Below are positions 28,852 to 37,884 of a stretch of 64,000 nucleotides of DNA, one piece after another (position 1 is the stretch's first letter; each line of letters begins with the position of its first letter). This stretch comes from Planctomycetota bacterium. Its GTDB lineage: Bacteria; Planctomycetota; MHYJ01; WSZJ01. The notes under the pieces were generated by a model that worked only from the letters and a program-made list of their open reading frames with translations, was not told the DNA's origin and made no database searches. Made by a program: the position numbers and the translations under genes. The DNA is taken from NCBI GenBank assembly GCA_038060895.1, contig JBBTCT010000024.1, positions 32,001 to 96,000 on the forward strand. Reading direction: 5' to 3'.

Positions 28852-30315
28852 TCACTTTGACTTGATGCGAAGCGTTTTCGGTTGGCCGGGTGTAAGAGGG
28901 ATTCCACGAAGTAGATCCATGGAGTCCTGGGTGTTTTCGCCACGCTTGCCACGTTCCGCTGCTTCTCGGGCTATCAAGGATCTCAGATGACTCGGAAGTC
29001 GCACGCGGAAGAGAAAATGATCGGCTTGAGCCGGTTCCCACCCCGGATCCGGGCAGGAGAGGCCGGACCAAGTTGCTCTCCCGTCGCTACCGGTAGTCGA
29101 TCTTAGTTCCAGTTGCGACGGGAAGAAGTCTGAAAACAAAACGAGTTCAACATTCTCGATAGGTGTTTCAGTCACGGAGTCGAGAAGAGTAATTTCAGTC
29201 GACTTCGCCATGTCCAGGGGCGCGAAATCTATTCCGAGGGGTGCGCCTGCGGCGAGCACACCCTGAAAGTAACCGATTCCTGCCTCCGGGTGATAGGCCG
29301 CCACCCAACACTTCTGCCCTAGTGGATCGGTTGTGGCGTTGTTAGTTCCCACAGGCAATTGCAGGGAAGCCACGCCGATTTCGTTCGTCACCGCGCAGGT
29401 CATCGTACAGGTGCCTGGCAAGCTGAATCCATTTTCGAACAATAGAGTGACCAACGCGCTCGAAATCGGCCGGCCGCTGGCGTCATGACATTCCACGGTT
29501 CTTGATAGGAAACTGCTCAACGATATTTGAAGGTGATGCTCGAAATTCTCGGAGCATCGATACAGGTTTGGAGGGCCAACGAGCGTCAGATCCGTGGAAA
29601 CGGAAAAATGTCCGTTCGAAACTCCCATAGGCAAGACTTGAATCCCGAACTCAGGACTCAAGGAATTCAGCTCAAAATTGCCCAAAGGGTCAGTTTCAAG
29701 CACCAAACACCCAGGGAACGACCTCAATTTTGTGGCTATCGCTAGCTCGCGCTCGCTCGTCGGCGTCCAAAGGCGTTTGAACGCAAATTGGAGGCGCTGT
29801 CTTGCGAGTTCTCCCCCCTCTTCATCGACCAGTTTACCTCGGACACGACTTCCAACTGGGTACCTCAACGGAATCTCGGCGACGTCGTCTGGAAGTTCCA
29901 ATGTCTGCCGAAGCCACAAGACTCCCGTATCTTCGCGAATGCACTGGGCGTAGAACGTCAGTTCTTTCTGGTCACGGACTGATCGAGGGATTAGACACAC
30001 TCCGCTGATCGTGGTTCGGAACTCCAGCATTTTCCCCGAGGTCGTCATCACGAACAAATGAGAGACTCCGGGTGACAGCCCATTCGCCATCAGAACGGAG
30101 ACCCGAATCATCTCGGAGGAATTTTGGCCGCCTGAAGAATCCATTACTTCGCTCGCTTCGCGGACTTCAGGAATCTGTGAAGAATTGAAGTCGGTCCCCG
30201 GCGTAGGGCGTGAACGTAGGCGTTCTCTCGTCAACCATGCGACTGACGAGACGAACACAAGGACGCCGATGATCAGCGATGCGATCCGAACTCGATTCGT
30301 GTCTCGGACTACCAC
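28852..30315 (-). CDS. Membrane-anchored beta-sandwich repeat (carboxypeptidase-regulatory-like) protein
   Basis: N-terminal TM; RGKLVDEEG, DASGRPISSA, TGSDGRATW; GTG start overlaps the upstream stop; lower GC. Confidence 0.55.
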   Translation of the reverse strand: MVVRDTNRVRIASLIIGVLVFVSSVAWLTRERLRSRPTPGTDFNSSQIPEVREASEVMDSSGGQNSSEMIRVSVLMANGLSPGVSHLFVMTTSGKMLEFRTTISGVCLIPRSVRDQKELTFYAQCIREDTGVLWLRQTLELPDDVAEIPLRYPVGSRVRGKLVDEEGGELARQRLQFAFKRLWTPTSERELAIATKLRSFPGCLVLETDPLGNFELNSLSPEFGIQVLPMGVSNGHFSVSTDLTLVGPPNLYRCSENFEHHLQISLSSFLSRTVECHDASGRPISSALVTLLFENGFSLPGTCTMTCAVTNEIGVASLQLPVGTNNATTDPLGQKCWVAAYHPEAGIGYFQGVLAAGAPLGIDFAPLDMAKSTEITLLDSVTETPIENVELVLFSDFFPSQLELRSTTGSDGRATWSGLSCPDPGWEPAQADHFLFRVRLPSHLRSLIAREAAERGKRGENTQDSMDLLRGIPLTPGQPKTLRIKSK

Positions 30316-31718
30316 GGCTGGTCCTTTCCGTCAGTGCCGTCGTGAGCAGGTCCGCCGGTCCCGCCCGCTCCACCTTCGCCAGGACTAGACGTTCCGCCTG
30401 GCGCCCAAGAGTCGCCACCATTTCCACCTGAGCCAAAGGCTTCGGTGTCGTCGCCACCATCCCCGCCGGTTGCTGTATTCCCCCCGCCCGTAGCTTTCGC
30501 ACGTCCTCCATGTCCGCCTGAACCGTTTGCCCCGCCGGTTCCTCCAACACCTCCATGAGCCTCACAAGGCCCCCCCTGCGCAGTCGCCTCGGCGTCTCCG
30601 CCAGCCCCGGCGTGCCTGGCGTCCGGTCCATTGCCACCATATGCGTACGCCTCGAAAGCTCCCGTGGCCGTCCCCTTTCCGCCCTTCCCGCCACGAGTCA
30701 CCGACTCTCCACCCGGTCCGCCGCGAGCGGATGCTGAGTCGCCCGTTGCAACCGCTTCACCTCCTGCCCCGCCCTGATTGTTGCAGCTACCACCCTTGCC
30801 TCCTTCAGCTTCGGCGTGTCCGCTCGGTGCTTCTGCTGTGGCTGGACCGCCAACGCCACCCTGCTGTGCCGCGGCGCCGGCATCTCCTCCGTTGCCGCCA
30901 TAGGCCTCAGCAGTGACTTGTCCTTCCACTCCAGCGGCAGTTGCCTTGCTCACTCCACCGAGTCCGCCAACAACCTGGCCTGGACCGCCTGCACCAGCCC
31001 TGGAAAACGCATAAGAGATTCCCTCAGCCTTCGCTTCGCCGCCTCTAGATCCGTTCGGTCCGGCAGCGATTCCACCGCCGTTTCCGGCGATCGCAAAAGC
31101 AACAGGGGCCGATGTATACGCGTCACCCCCCTTTCCGTTCTGAGATCCATCACCGCCAACCGCGTTCGCGTGGTCGGAAGCGCCGATTGCGTTGGCATTT
31201 CCCCCAACGAAGGGTGCTCCAGCTCCTGCGTTGCCGGCTACGGCATTCGCCCGCCCGATGGCAAGGTTTGTAGCGAAGGCAGGCGCCGAAAAACTCGAAG
31301 GTCCTAGCGCATAAACGCCCGCGATCATGATGCCGTTCCCCGCCCGCGCATCTGCCGTTAGCCCACCGAAGCTGGTAGCGATGATGATCGAATCGCCGAG
31401 CTGAACCAGAGTGTTCGCCACGGGTTTCCAGGAAACCGTGATCGCGCGCGGCCCGGGAAGGGTGACAGTTTCGGTGCTCTCGATGGTTGTCGTTCCCTCC
31501 CAAGTCGTCTTGCACCAGTCGGCGAGAGATCGAAGACGCTCCTCCATAGTCTGGGCGCCTGTCCCATCCTCGAGCAGAACAGGGTGATTCTGAGGGTCTA
31601 AGCCTACCTGAAGGCCTGACGCTGTGATGCCGTCGAGGATTGTTGGAGCGACCGCATGAGAGTCCGAGCAAACCGAAAGAAGTGCAACCACGACCGCCAA
31701 CCAAGTTCTGTTAGACAT
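30309..31718 (-). CDS. Secreted glycine-rich (PGRS-like GGxGG repeat) protein
   Basis: Signal peptide (…DSHA-VAP); about 300 residues of GGxGG and AxAxGG repeats; GGAG RBS. Confidence 0.72.
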   Translation of the reverse strand: MSNRTWLAVVVALLSVCSDSHAVAPTILDGITASGLQVGLDPQNHPVLLEDGTGAQTMEERLRSLADWCKTTWEGTTTIESTETVTLPGPRAITVSWKPVANTLVQLGDSIIIATSFGGLTADARAGNGIMIAGVYALGPSSFSAPAFATNLAIGRANAVAGNAGAGAPFVGGNANAIGASDHANAVGGDGSQNGKGGDAYTSAPVAFAIAGNGGGIAAGPNGSRGGEAKAEGISYAFSRAGAGGPGQVVGGLGGVSKATAAGVEGQVTAEAYGGNGGDAGAAAQQGGVGGPATAEAPSGHAEAEGGKGGSCNNQGGAGGEAVATGDSASARGGPGGESVTRGGKGGKGTATGAFEAYAYGGNGPDARHAGAGGDAEATAQGGPCEAHGGVGGTGGANGSGGHGGRAKATGGGNTATGGDGGDDTEAFGSGGNGGDSWAPGGTSSPGEGGAGGTGGPAHDGTDGKDQPW

Positions 31719-31799
31719 GTCGATTCTCCAATAGGGACCTTTGGCCAGGTCATCCTTCCGAATCCAGCACACGCCTTCGATGAGAGGCGCCTCCCACTT

Positions 31800-32519
31800 C
31801 TATTTACGACGTCTGTCGCGAGCGGTTTCAGAAATCAGAGAAATGAATTCTCGTAACTCGGCCTTGAAGTCTGCCTCCGCGGCGACGGTGGCCCGGATTC
31901 GCGCTTCGATTAGAGCGCGAAGCTGCGCACGAAGTCGGTGGTTCGAGGTCTTCGCAGCGGCAGGAATCAACCTGGTCGCGGCTAGGATCTCAGCGTAATT
32001 CTGACCAGCGAGGCGCATGCGAAGCGCCAGTAATCGCGGAGGAGAGACCTCCAGACTCGCAATCGTCGCTTCCAGTAGATTCCGTGCCCAAGCCCGATTC
32101 AGGGCTTCCTCGGGAGAAGCGTCGACTGCAACCTCCAACTCGTACTCCGACTCTCCCATTTCGAAATCCAGGGAGAGCGTCAGCTTGCCACTCCCGCGCT
32201 TCTCGCGCAAAGCTGACTTCCTCCAGTCTCGAAGGAAATTAGACAGCGCAGCCAACAGCCATGTCCGGAAGCGTCCGCGCGCGGGGTCGGCTTGTTTGAA
32301 TGCCGAACGTTCAAAGAGGCGAGTCAGGAATTCTTGAACGATGTCCTTTGAGGAGTGGTGGTCGTAACCTCGGCGCCGCACGAAAAAGAAGAGCGGCTTC
32401 CAGTAGATCATGAGCAACTCATTTAGGACCTCAACGTCAGTGGAGTTTCGCACCAGATTCCAAGGCGTGAATGGGAACGCCTTACCTCCGATGTTCCGGG
32501 GAATGCCATCATCGACCAC
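31800..32519 (-). CDS. ECF-type RNA polymerase sigma factor
   Basis: FPFTPWNLV, YWKPLFFFVRRRG, DIVQEF, ADPARGRFRTWLL; region-4-like HRLRAQLR. Confidence 0.85.
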   Translation of the reverse strand: MVDDGIPRNIGGKAFPFTPWNLVRNSTDVEVLNELLMIYWKPLFFFVRRRGYDHHSSKDIVQEFLTRLFERSAFKQADPARGRFRTWLLAALSNFLRDWRKSALREKRGSGKLTLSLDFEMGESEYELEVAVDASPEEALNRAWARNLLEATIASLEVSPPRLLALRMRLAGQNYAEILAATRLIPAAAKTSNHRLRAQLRALIEARIRATVAAEADFKAELREFISLISETARDRRRK

Positions 32520-32580
32520 TGTTTCCCGCTCTCACTTCCGCCTCCTCGTGGTGTTCTGGTCGGAGAACCTGTCAACTGAG

Positions 32581-32608
32581 AAGGGCCCCGGCAGAAACCG
32601 GGGCCCTT
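32581..32608 (-). terminator. Hairpin terminator downstream of the cold-shock gene
   Basis: 11-bp perfect stem AAGGGCCCCGG/CCGGGGCCCTT with 6-nt loop; weak U-tract. Confidence 0.65.
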
Positions 32609-32638
32609 AGACTCTCAACCTTCGACATTCGACCCTTC

Positions 32639-32845
32639 CTACGTTGCCGCCTGCACATTGGTAGCCCGGGCACCCTTCACGTCCTGCGTAATGTCGAAGC
32701 TCACCTTCATCCCCTCCTGCAGAGTCCGGAATCCCTGCATCTGGATGGCGGTGTGATGGACGAAGACGTCCTTCCCACCGTCGTCCGGCGCGATGAATCC
32801 GTAGCCCTTCTGGTCGCTGAACCACTTCACGGTGCCCGTCGCCAT
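32639..32845 (-). CDS. cspA: Cold-shock protein
   Basis: GTVKWF, KGYGFI, DVFVHH; AGGAGG RBS; symbol denotes the CspA family, not proven orthology. Confidence 0.95.
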   Translation of the reverse strand: MATGTVKWFSDQKGYGFIAPDDGGKDVFVHHTAIQMQGFRTLQEGMKVSFDITQDVKGARATNVQAAT

Positions 32846-32883
32846 GCGTCCTCCTGCTTCTGAATGTTCCCCACACCTGGGTG

Positions 32884-32920
32884 AAAAAAAAACCGCCGGG
32901 GCCTCGGTGGCCCTGGCGGC
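32884..32920 (-). terminator. Intrinsic terminator in the cold-shock gene leader
   Basis: Minus strand CCGCCAGGGCC-ACCGA-GGCCCCGGCGG followed by T9. Confidence 0.75.
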
Positions 32921-32982
32921 TTCAGTCGTTCGTCGTTGACTTCGGCGTTCCTCTATCCCTGCAAGTGTCCTTCTGTCCCCGG

Positions 32983-33012
32983 ATTATCGCGAACGGGCCG
33001 GGGACCATTCAA
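32983..33012 (-). promoter_or_regulatory. Putative sigma70 promoter
   Basis: TTGAAT-18 nt-GATAAT on the minus strand. Confidence 0.5.
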
Positions 33013-33022
33013 GCGCGATTCG

Positions 33023-34315
33023 TTACTTGCGCTCCATCGCCGCCTTTTCCTTCGCTTCACGCTCCTCGGCGATCTTCGTCTTCACCCACGCCTTGCCGTC
33101 CTTGCGGTACCACTGGTTCCACGGCGTGAAGTCGTCGCCGAGCTCCTGGCCGGTCAGCTTCTGCAGGACGGCGCCGAACATCGCCGACGTCTCGTGGTAA
33201 CCCTCGGGGTAGGCCACCGTCGTCTTGACCCGCTGGATCTGGAGGATCGGCGTCTCGATCCGCACCGGCACGGGAATCGCCCGGCGCGTCGGGTCCGGGA
33301 AGACGTCCACGAATGAATCCGTGATGTCCTGCACCTGCGAAGCGTTCGTCGCGCGGATCTCCATGTAGATCGTGTAGAAGGCCGCGATCATGTACGGCAC
33401 GCTCTCGGCGCTCCCCATCTCGCCCAGCACCGAGGCCGACCGGCGCCGCGAATCCATCTGCTCCTCCTCGACCACCCGCTTCTGGTACCACATCCGCGCG
33501 TAGTCGTCCCCCATCCCGCGCGTCGCATCCACCGCGATGGCGCGGATCTCGTCGTCTTTTTCTCGTAGAGCCGTCCCGGTCAGGTCGCCGAGCTTGTCGA
33601 AGCGCGCCTGAAGGTCGCGGACCGAGTGAAGGTGGTCGTGGGTGTGCTGGAAGAAGCGCTTCAGCCCCCGCCATGCCGCGATGCGCGTTCCCCTGTTCGA
33701 GCTGAGGACGGTGCGGGAGCAGGGTGAGAGAAGCGAATCGGCGCGGACTTTCAGGAGCGACGCGACCGCGGCGTCGTGCTTCGCCGGGTCCTTGGACGCC
33801 GACTCGATCAGGAACTTCTTCGCCAGGGCTTCGCAGTCGAGGCGGTCGGCCTCGTCCTGGGTCATCCACTCGCCGTCGCGCTTGACCTCGCCGTTGTCGA
33901 GGTGGATGTCGTCGGGCGACTTCCACTCGCCTGCGACCTGCTTGTGCCCGAGCGCAAGGCGCGCGTCGACGTGGTTCGGGTCGGCGGCGACCGTCTTTGC
34001 CGCTTCCTTCCGGTACTCGGCCTCGATGCCGACGTCCTTGCACCACTTTGCGAGAGCCCAGTGGCCTTTCGCGTCGTCGTCCTTCAGCGCGGCGGCCTTC
34101 TCGGCGTAGAGCTCGAGGGAGGTTTTGCCGTACTCGATCTTGTCGATCTGGTTCTTTCTGAAGCGCGTGGAGCCGTATTTTCCTTCGAGGAGGATCTCTT
34201 CGCCGAGGTCCTTGACCTTGCCTTCGAGGCGGCGGCCATCGACGGTGAAGATGGTGTCGGCGGGGGCGAGGGAAGCGGCGAGGGCGAGGAACAGGGCGGG
34301 CAGGGTGATTTTCAT
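33023..34315 (-). CDS. Secreted HEAT-repeat protein with conserved N-terminal module
   Basis: Signal peptide, ADTIFTVDGRRLEGKV; HEAT repeats; N-terminal about 150 aa similar to 47351-48379. Confidence 0.7.
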   Translation of the reverse strand: MKITLPALFLALAASLAPADTIFTVDGRRLEGKVKDLGEEILLEGKYGSTRFRKNQIDKIEYGKTSLELYAEKAAALKDDDAKGHWALAKWCKDVGIEAEYRKEAAKTVAADPNHVDARLALGHKQVAGEWKSPDDIHLDNGEVKRDGEWMTQDEADRLDCEALAKKFLIESASKDPAKHDAAVASLLKVRADSLLSPCSRTVLSSNRGTRIAAWRGLKRFFQHTHDHLHSVRDLQARFDKLGDLTGTALREKDDEIRAIAVDATRGMGDDYARMWYQKRVVEEEQMDSRRRSASVLGEMGSAESVPYMIAAFYTIYMEIRATNASQVQDITDSFVDVFPDPTRRAIPVPVRIETPILQIQRVKTTVAYPEGYHETSAMFGAVLQKLTGQELGDDFTPWNQWYRKDGKAWVKTKIAEEREAKEKAAMERK

Positions 34316-34479
34316 GGGGAGAAGCGAATGCAAGAAGCGCGCCGGGGTTGTTGGATTCATAAGCCCTTTATCCTGAAGGGTTTAAGTGCTACGGGAGCCC
34401 GACTGAAACGGCAACAGGATTGACATCGTGTAAACACCGGTTCCACGTTCGGCCCGAAAAACGTCAAACTCCGGCGGCC

Positions 34480-35655
34480 TTACTTCGCCTCGAGCGCAGC
34501 CAGCACCCACTCGTACTCCTTGATCAGGCTCTCTACCAGCGACTTCCCGCAGAGCTTCTCCCGCTCCCCTGCAGGGATCACGTCCCACGTGTACGTCTCG
34601 ATTTCGAAGTCGGAACACAGCCCGCGCTTCCCCACCTCCGCCAGCGCGGACTTCAGGAACGCCTGCGTCGTCTTCAACCCGCCGATCTGTTCCAGGAAGA
34701 CCGGCACGTGAAAATGCGTCCGAGCCTCTTTATCCGGCCAACCTTTCGCCTCGCCAAGATCCGGCGCACGCTTCCCGCTCTCCGTGCACACCTGGTGGAA
34801 ATAACGTGGCTCGTCGAAGCGCGCGAGTTCGCCCGGCGGTCCTTCGAGCGCGCAGGTCACCTGCATTTTTCCGATGACGATGCCGCTTCGGTCGATCCTG
34901 TCCACGAGGTCGGCGGGGTCTTCCCACATCACGGCGTGGTGGCAGGCGTCGAAGCAGAGGCCGAGGTGTTCGTGGAGGATGTCGGTGGCCTGCTCGCGGT
35001 TGTACTTGTCGGTGCCGTGCAGGGCGCGCTCGCCGCCGGGATAGATGTGGCGCCGGAAAAACTCGATCGCGTCCGCCGCGGTTTCGCAGGTCGTGAGCGG
35101 CTCGGGCTCGAGGCAGACGCGGACGCTCACGCCCGTTTCGTTCTTGAGCGTGTGGAGCCCCGCGGCGACCTGGGCGAGATTGCGCGCCATGTCGTCGCGC
35201 ACCCGCTTGTCGTCGCCGTCAGCGCGGTACCCGCCCGCCACCGTCGAAAGCGTCAGAGACTGTCCGCCCCCCAGCGCCGCCATCACGTGAGCCGCCGCGA
35301 GCGTGTACGCCGCCCGCTTCTGGTCCGCCCACGAGGGCCGGTAGACCTCTTCTTTCACGCGCCCCGCGTTGAACTTCCCGAACGGAAACACATTGGCGGT
35401 GAAGGCGAAGAGGTCGAGGGAGTCGAGAAGCGCCTTCGTTTTGGCGAGGCGGTAGGGATCGCTCGCGAGGGCGTCGGCGGCCTGCGCGGACAGGCGCAGC
35501 CCGGCGCCAGTCCGCCGGCCCGGAAAGAGCAGGCGACGGATTTCGCCCGGGCCGTCGCGAAGGGCCGACTCGAGTTCGTCCACGGTTTCGCACGGGTGGA
35601 CGTTCATCGAGTAACCGAGACGGATGACCTGGCCGCGGGAGGAGAGTTCGGGCAT
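34480..35655 (-). CDS. eboE: Metabolite traffic protein EboE (xylose-isomerase-like TIM barrel)
   Basis: YSMNVHP, VKEEVYRPSW, LEPEP, CFDACH, RYFHQV, RTHFHVP, EIETYTW. Confidence 0.88.
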   Translation of the reverse strand: MPELSSRGQVIRLGYSMNVHPCETVDELESALRDGPGEIRRLLFPGRRTGAGLRLSAQAADALASDPYRLAKTKALLDSLDLFAFTANVFPFGKFNAGRVKEEVYRPSWADQKRAAYTLAAAHVMAALGGGQSLTLSTVAGGYRADGDDKRVRDDMARNLAQVAAGLHTLKNETGVSVRVCLEPEPLTTCETAADAIEFFRRHIYPGGERALHGTDKYNREQATDILHEHLGLCFDACHHAVMWEDPADLVDRIDRSGIVIGKMQVTCALEGPPGELARFDEPRYFHQVCTESGKRAPDLGEAKGWPDKEARTHFHVPVFLEQIGGLKTTQAFLKSALAEVGKRGLCSDFEIETYTWDVIPAGEREKLCGKSLVESLIKEYEWVLAALEAK

Positions 35656-35716
35656 GGGGGGAGATTATAGACCGGGGGAGCGGGAACGACGCGCTTCGCT
35701 TGGTTTGGAGTTCGGG

Positions 35717-35859
35717 GTTCCGGAGGTTGAGTTCCGGGTTCCGGGTTCGGAGTTCCGGGTGGGGTCCTGAACCAGCAACACACTCAACAACCCCAAACTC
35801 CCAACCCGCAACCCCACCCGGAACTCGGAACCCGGAACCCGGAACTCAACCTCCGGAAC
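35717..35859. repeat. Intergenic palindrome of GGAAC(C/T)C heptamers
   Basis: 49-bp arms 35717-35765 and 35811-35859 with 1 mismatch. Confidence 0.92.
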
Positions 35860-35872
35860 TCACAACTCTCAA

Positions 35873-36280
35873 CTAGCTTTTCTTCCTCGCGAACGCCACG
35901 GTCTTGGGCAGCCCGCCCTTCACCGGAATCGGCCTTCCCCCCGAATCCACCGAAACATACGTCACCGTCGCCTCGGTGACCTTGACCGTCACGCTCGGGT
36001 CTTCGAACCGCTGCGCTTCCACGCGCACTTTCACTGTCACCGACGTGTTCCCGACCTTTTCCACCTCGGCGTAGAAGCTGACCACGTCGCCCACGTACAC
36101 CGGCTCGGGAAACGCAATCTTGTCCATCCCGACGGTCACATACTTGTGCGGCCCGAGCCCGCGCGCGGCGACCGCGCCCGCGAGGTCGATGTACGACAGG
36201 ATCACGCCGCCGAAGATCGTGCCGTGGCCGTTCGTGTCCTTCGGCATCAGGATCGTGCGGATCGCCGGGTCTCGCTTCAC
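35873..36280 (-). CDS. Acyl-CoA thioesterase (hotdog fold, YciA-like)
   Basis: MPKDTNGHGTIFGG…IDLAG, VGNTS; GTG start overlaps the upstream TGA; GGAGG RBS. Confidence 0.9.
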   Translation of the reverse strand: MKRDPAIRTILMPKDTNGHGTIFGGVILSYIDLAGAVAARGLGPHKYVTVGMDKIAFPEPVYVGDVVSFYAEVEKVGNTSVTVKVRVEAQRFEDPSVTVKVTEATVTYVSVDSGGRPIPVKGGLPKTVAFARKKS

Positions 36281-36852
36281 CTTGCCTCCTTGAAGACGGG
36301 TTCTCCTTCGGCCGGCTCGATCAGCAGCAGGCTGCACTCCCACCGGTCCCAGTATCCAGGCTTGCACTTCTTCGCCTGCCGCCACGGCGCAGGGTCGTGA
36401 AGGCGGAATTCGCCGGCTTCGTGACCGATCACCACGACCCAGTGCGAGCCTTGCCGGCGGTCGCCGAACGCCACGTCCTTGTCGGGGATGCACACCACCG
36501 GCGGGCGCGCCGCCGCGAGGCACCGGTCGATGTCGGATTTCCGCGGCTCGCGCTGAATCCACTTCCCTCCGGCCTTCAGGAATTCCTTCCCGACGTCGCG
36601 CGGGCTCGTATCGATCAGCGTCGCCCGCGCGCCGTGCGCCAGCGCCACCCGCCCCAGCCGCCCGGGGCCGATTCCCCAGCTCTGCAGCATCCGCGGCAGG
36701 ATCAGCGAATGCCGCTCTAACTCCTCAAGCTCCGCGGAAATCCGCGCCGCTTTCAGCGCCATCGTCACGCACGCCAGCCCGCAGCCGCAGTTCGGTCCCT
36801 GCCGCACGAGCGGCACGTCGAGGAGAAGGCCGCCCGGGGGCGCGATATCCAT
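36277..36852 (-). CDS. C39-like cysteine peptidase
   Basis: VPLVRQ…CGLAC, HWVVVIG, HDP catalytic pattern. Confidence 0.75.
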   Translation of the reverse strand: MDIAPPGGLLLDVPLVRQGPNCGCGLACVTMALKAARISAELEELERHSLILPRMLQSWGIGPGRLGRVALAHGARATLIDTSPRDVGKEFLKAGGKWIQREPRKSDIDRCLAAARPPVVCIPDKDVAFGDRRQGSHWVVVIGHEAGEFRLHDPAPWRQAKKCKPGYWDRWECSLLLIEPAEGEPVFKEAR

Positions 36853-36859
36853 GAAGCGC

Positions 36860-37828
36860 CTACTTTGCGGCGACTGCTTTCTTTCCCGCAGTTTTCTTCT
36901 CCGCCGCGGCGGGAAGCCAGGTCAGCCATTTGTGATACTTCGCGTTCTCCCCGCGCACGATCCGGAAGAACTCCGACTGCAGCCGCTCGGTCACCGGCCC
37001 GCGCTTCCCGTCCCCGATCGTGCGGTCGTTGATCTCGCGCACCGGCGTGACCTCCGCCGCGGTGCCGGTGAAGAAGACTTCGTCCGCGTGGAAAAGCTCC
37101 GACGGCGCAATGTCCTTCACGGTCACGGTGATCCCCATGTCCTTCGCCACCCGGATGATCGAGTCGCGCGTAATCCCCGGCAGGATGGAACTCGACAGGT
37201 CGTTCGTGAACAATTCCCCGTCCTTCACGAAGAACACGTTCTCCCCGCACCCCTCCGACACGCACCCACGGTGGTCCAGCAGGATCGCTTCGTCGTACCC
37301 CCGCCTCCGCGCGTCGTTCCCCGACAGGATGCTAGACAGGTACTGCCCGCACGCCTTCGCCGCGGCCGGAAGCGCGTCCGGCGCGAACTTGCGCCACGCG
37401 CTGTACACCGCGCGGATGCCCTTCTCAAGCCCGTCCGACCCGAGATACCGCTCCCACTGCCAGCTCGCGACGTAGACCTCCGTCGGGAGCCCGCTCGCGT
37501 GCAGCCCGAACTGCCCGTATCCCCAGAACGCCAGCGGGCGGAGGTAGGCCGCGGAAAGCCCGGAAGCGGCCAGCGTCTCGACGCAGGCGTCCTCGATCTG
37601 GCGGTGCGTGAACGGCACCTTGATGTCGTAGACCTTCGCGGAATTGAAGAACCGCGAGATGTGTTCCTTGAGCCGGAAAATGGCGGGGCCGCGATCGGTT
37701 CCGTAGGCGCGGATCCCCTCGAACACGCCGGTGCCGTAATGAAGGACGTGGCACATGATGTGGACCTTCGCGTCGTCCCACGGGATGAGTTTGCCGTTGG
37801 CCCAGACGGTCGAACTATGCTTGTTCAT
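36860..37828 (-). CDS. ilvE: Branched-chain amino acid aminotransferase
   Basis: LHYGTGVFEGIRAY, AKACGQY, EGCGENVF, LPGITR, FTGTAAEV. Confidence 0.95.
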   Translation of the reverse strand: MNKHSSTVWANGKLIPWDDAKVHIMCHVLHYGTGVFEGIRAYGTDRGPAIFRLKEHISRFFNSAKVYDIKVPFTHRQIEDACVETLAASGLSAAYLRPLAFWGYGQFGLHASGLPTEVYVASWQWERYLGSDGLEKGIRAVYSAWRKFAPDALPAAAKACGQYLSSILSGNDARRRGYDEAILLDHRGCVSEGCGENVFFVKDGELFTNDLSSSILPGITRDSIIRVAKDMGITVTVKDIAPSELFHADEVFFTGTAAEVTPVREINDRTIGDGKRGPVTERLQSEFFRIVRGENAKYHKWLTWLPAAAEKKTAGKKAVAAK

Positions 37829-37884
37829 AGGCGATCCATCGTACGACGGAGGTTGAAGTTTGCAAATGGTCGCCGCCCGCGGGC

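Noticed and set aside
7617-32878. 14-nt match GGTGTGGGGAACAT near the Rieske start (plus strand) and in the csp leader (minus strand)
   Set aside because: A 14-mer match is expected by chance many times in a 64-kb self-comparison; no supporting extension
35717-35859. Tandem repeats considered as a CRISPR array (also 14399-14610 and 45634-45792)
   Set aside because: They are short tandem units in inverted arms with no repeat-spacer alternation, and no cas genes are present
36277-36852. C39-like peptidase as RiPP/bacteriocin processor or partner of the PA2779-like pair
   Set aside because: No precursor peptide or transporter nearby, no signal peptide, embedded between ilvE and a thioesterase, and 35 kb from the pair
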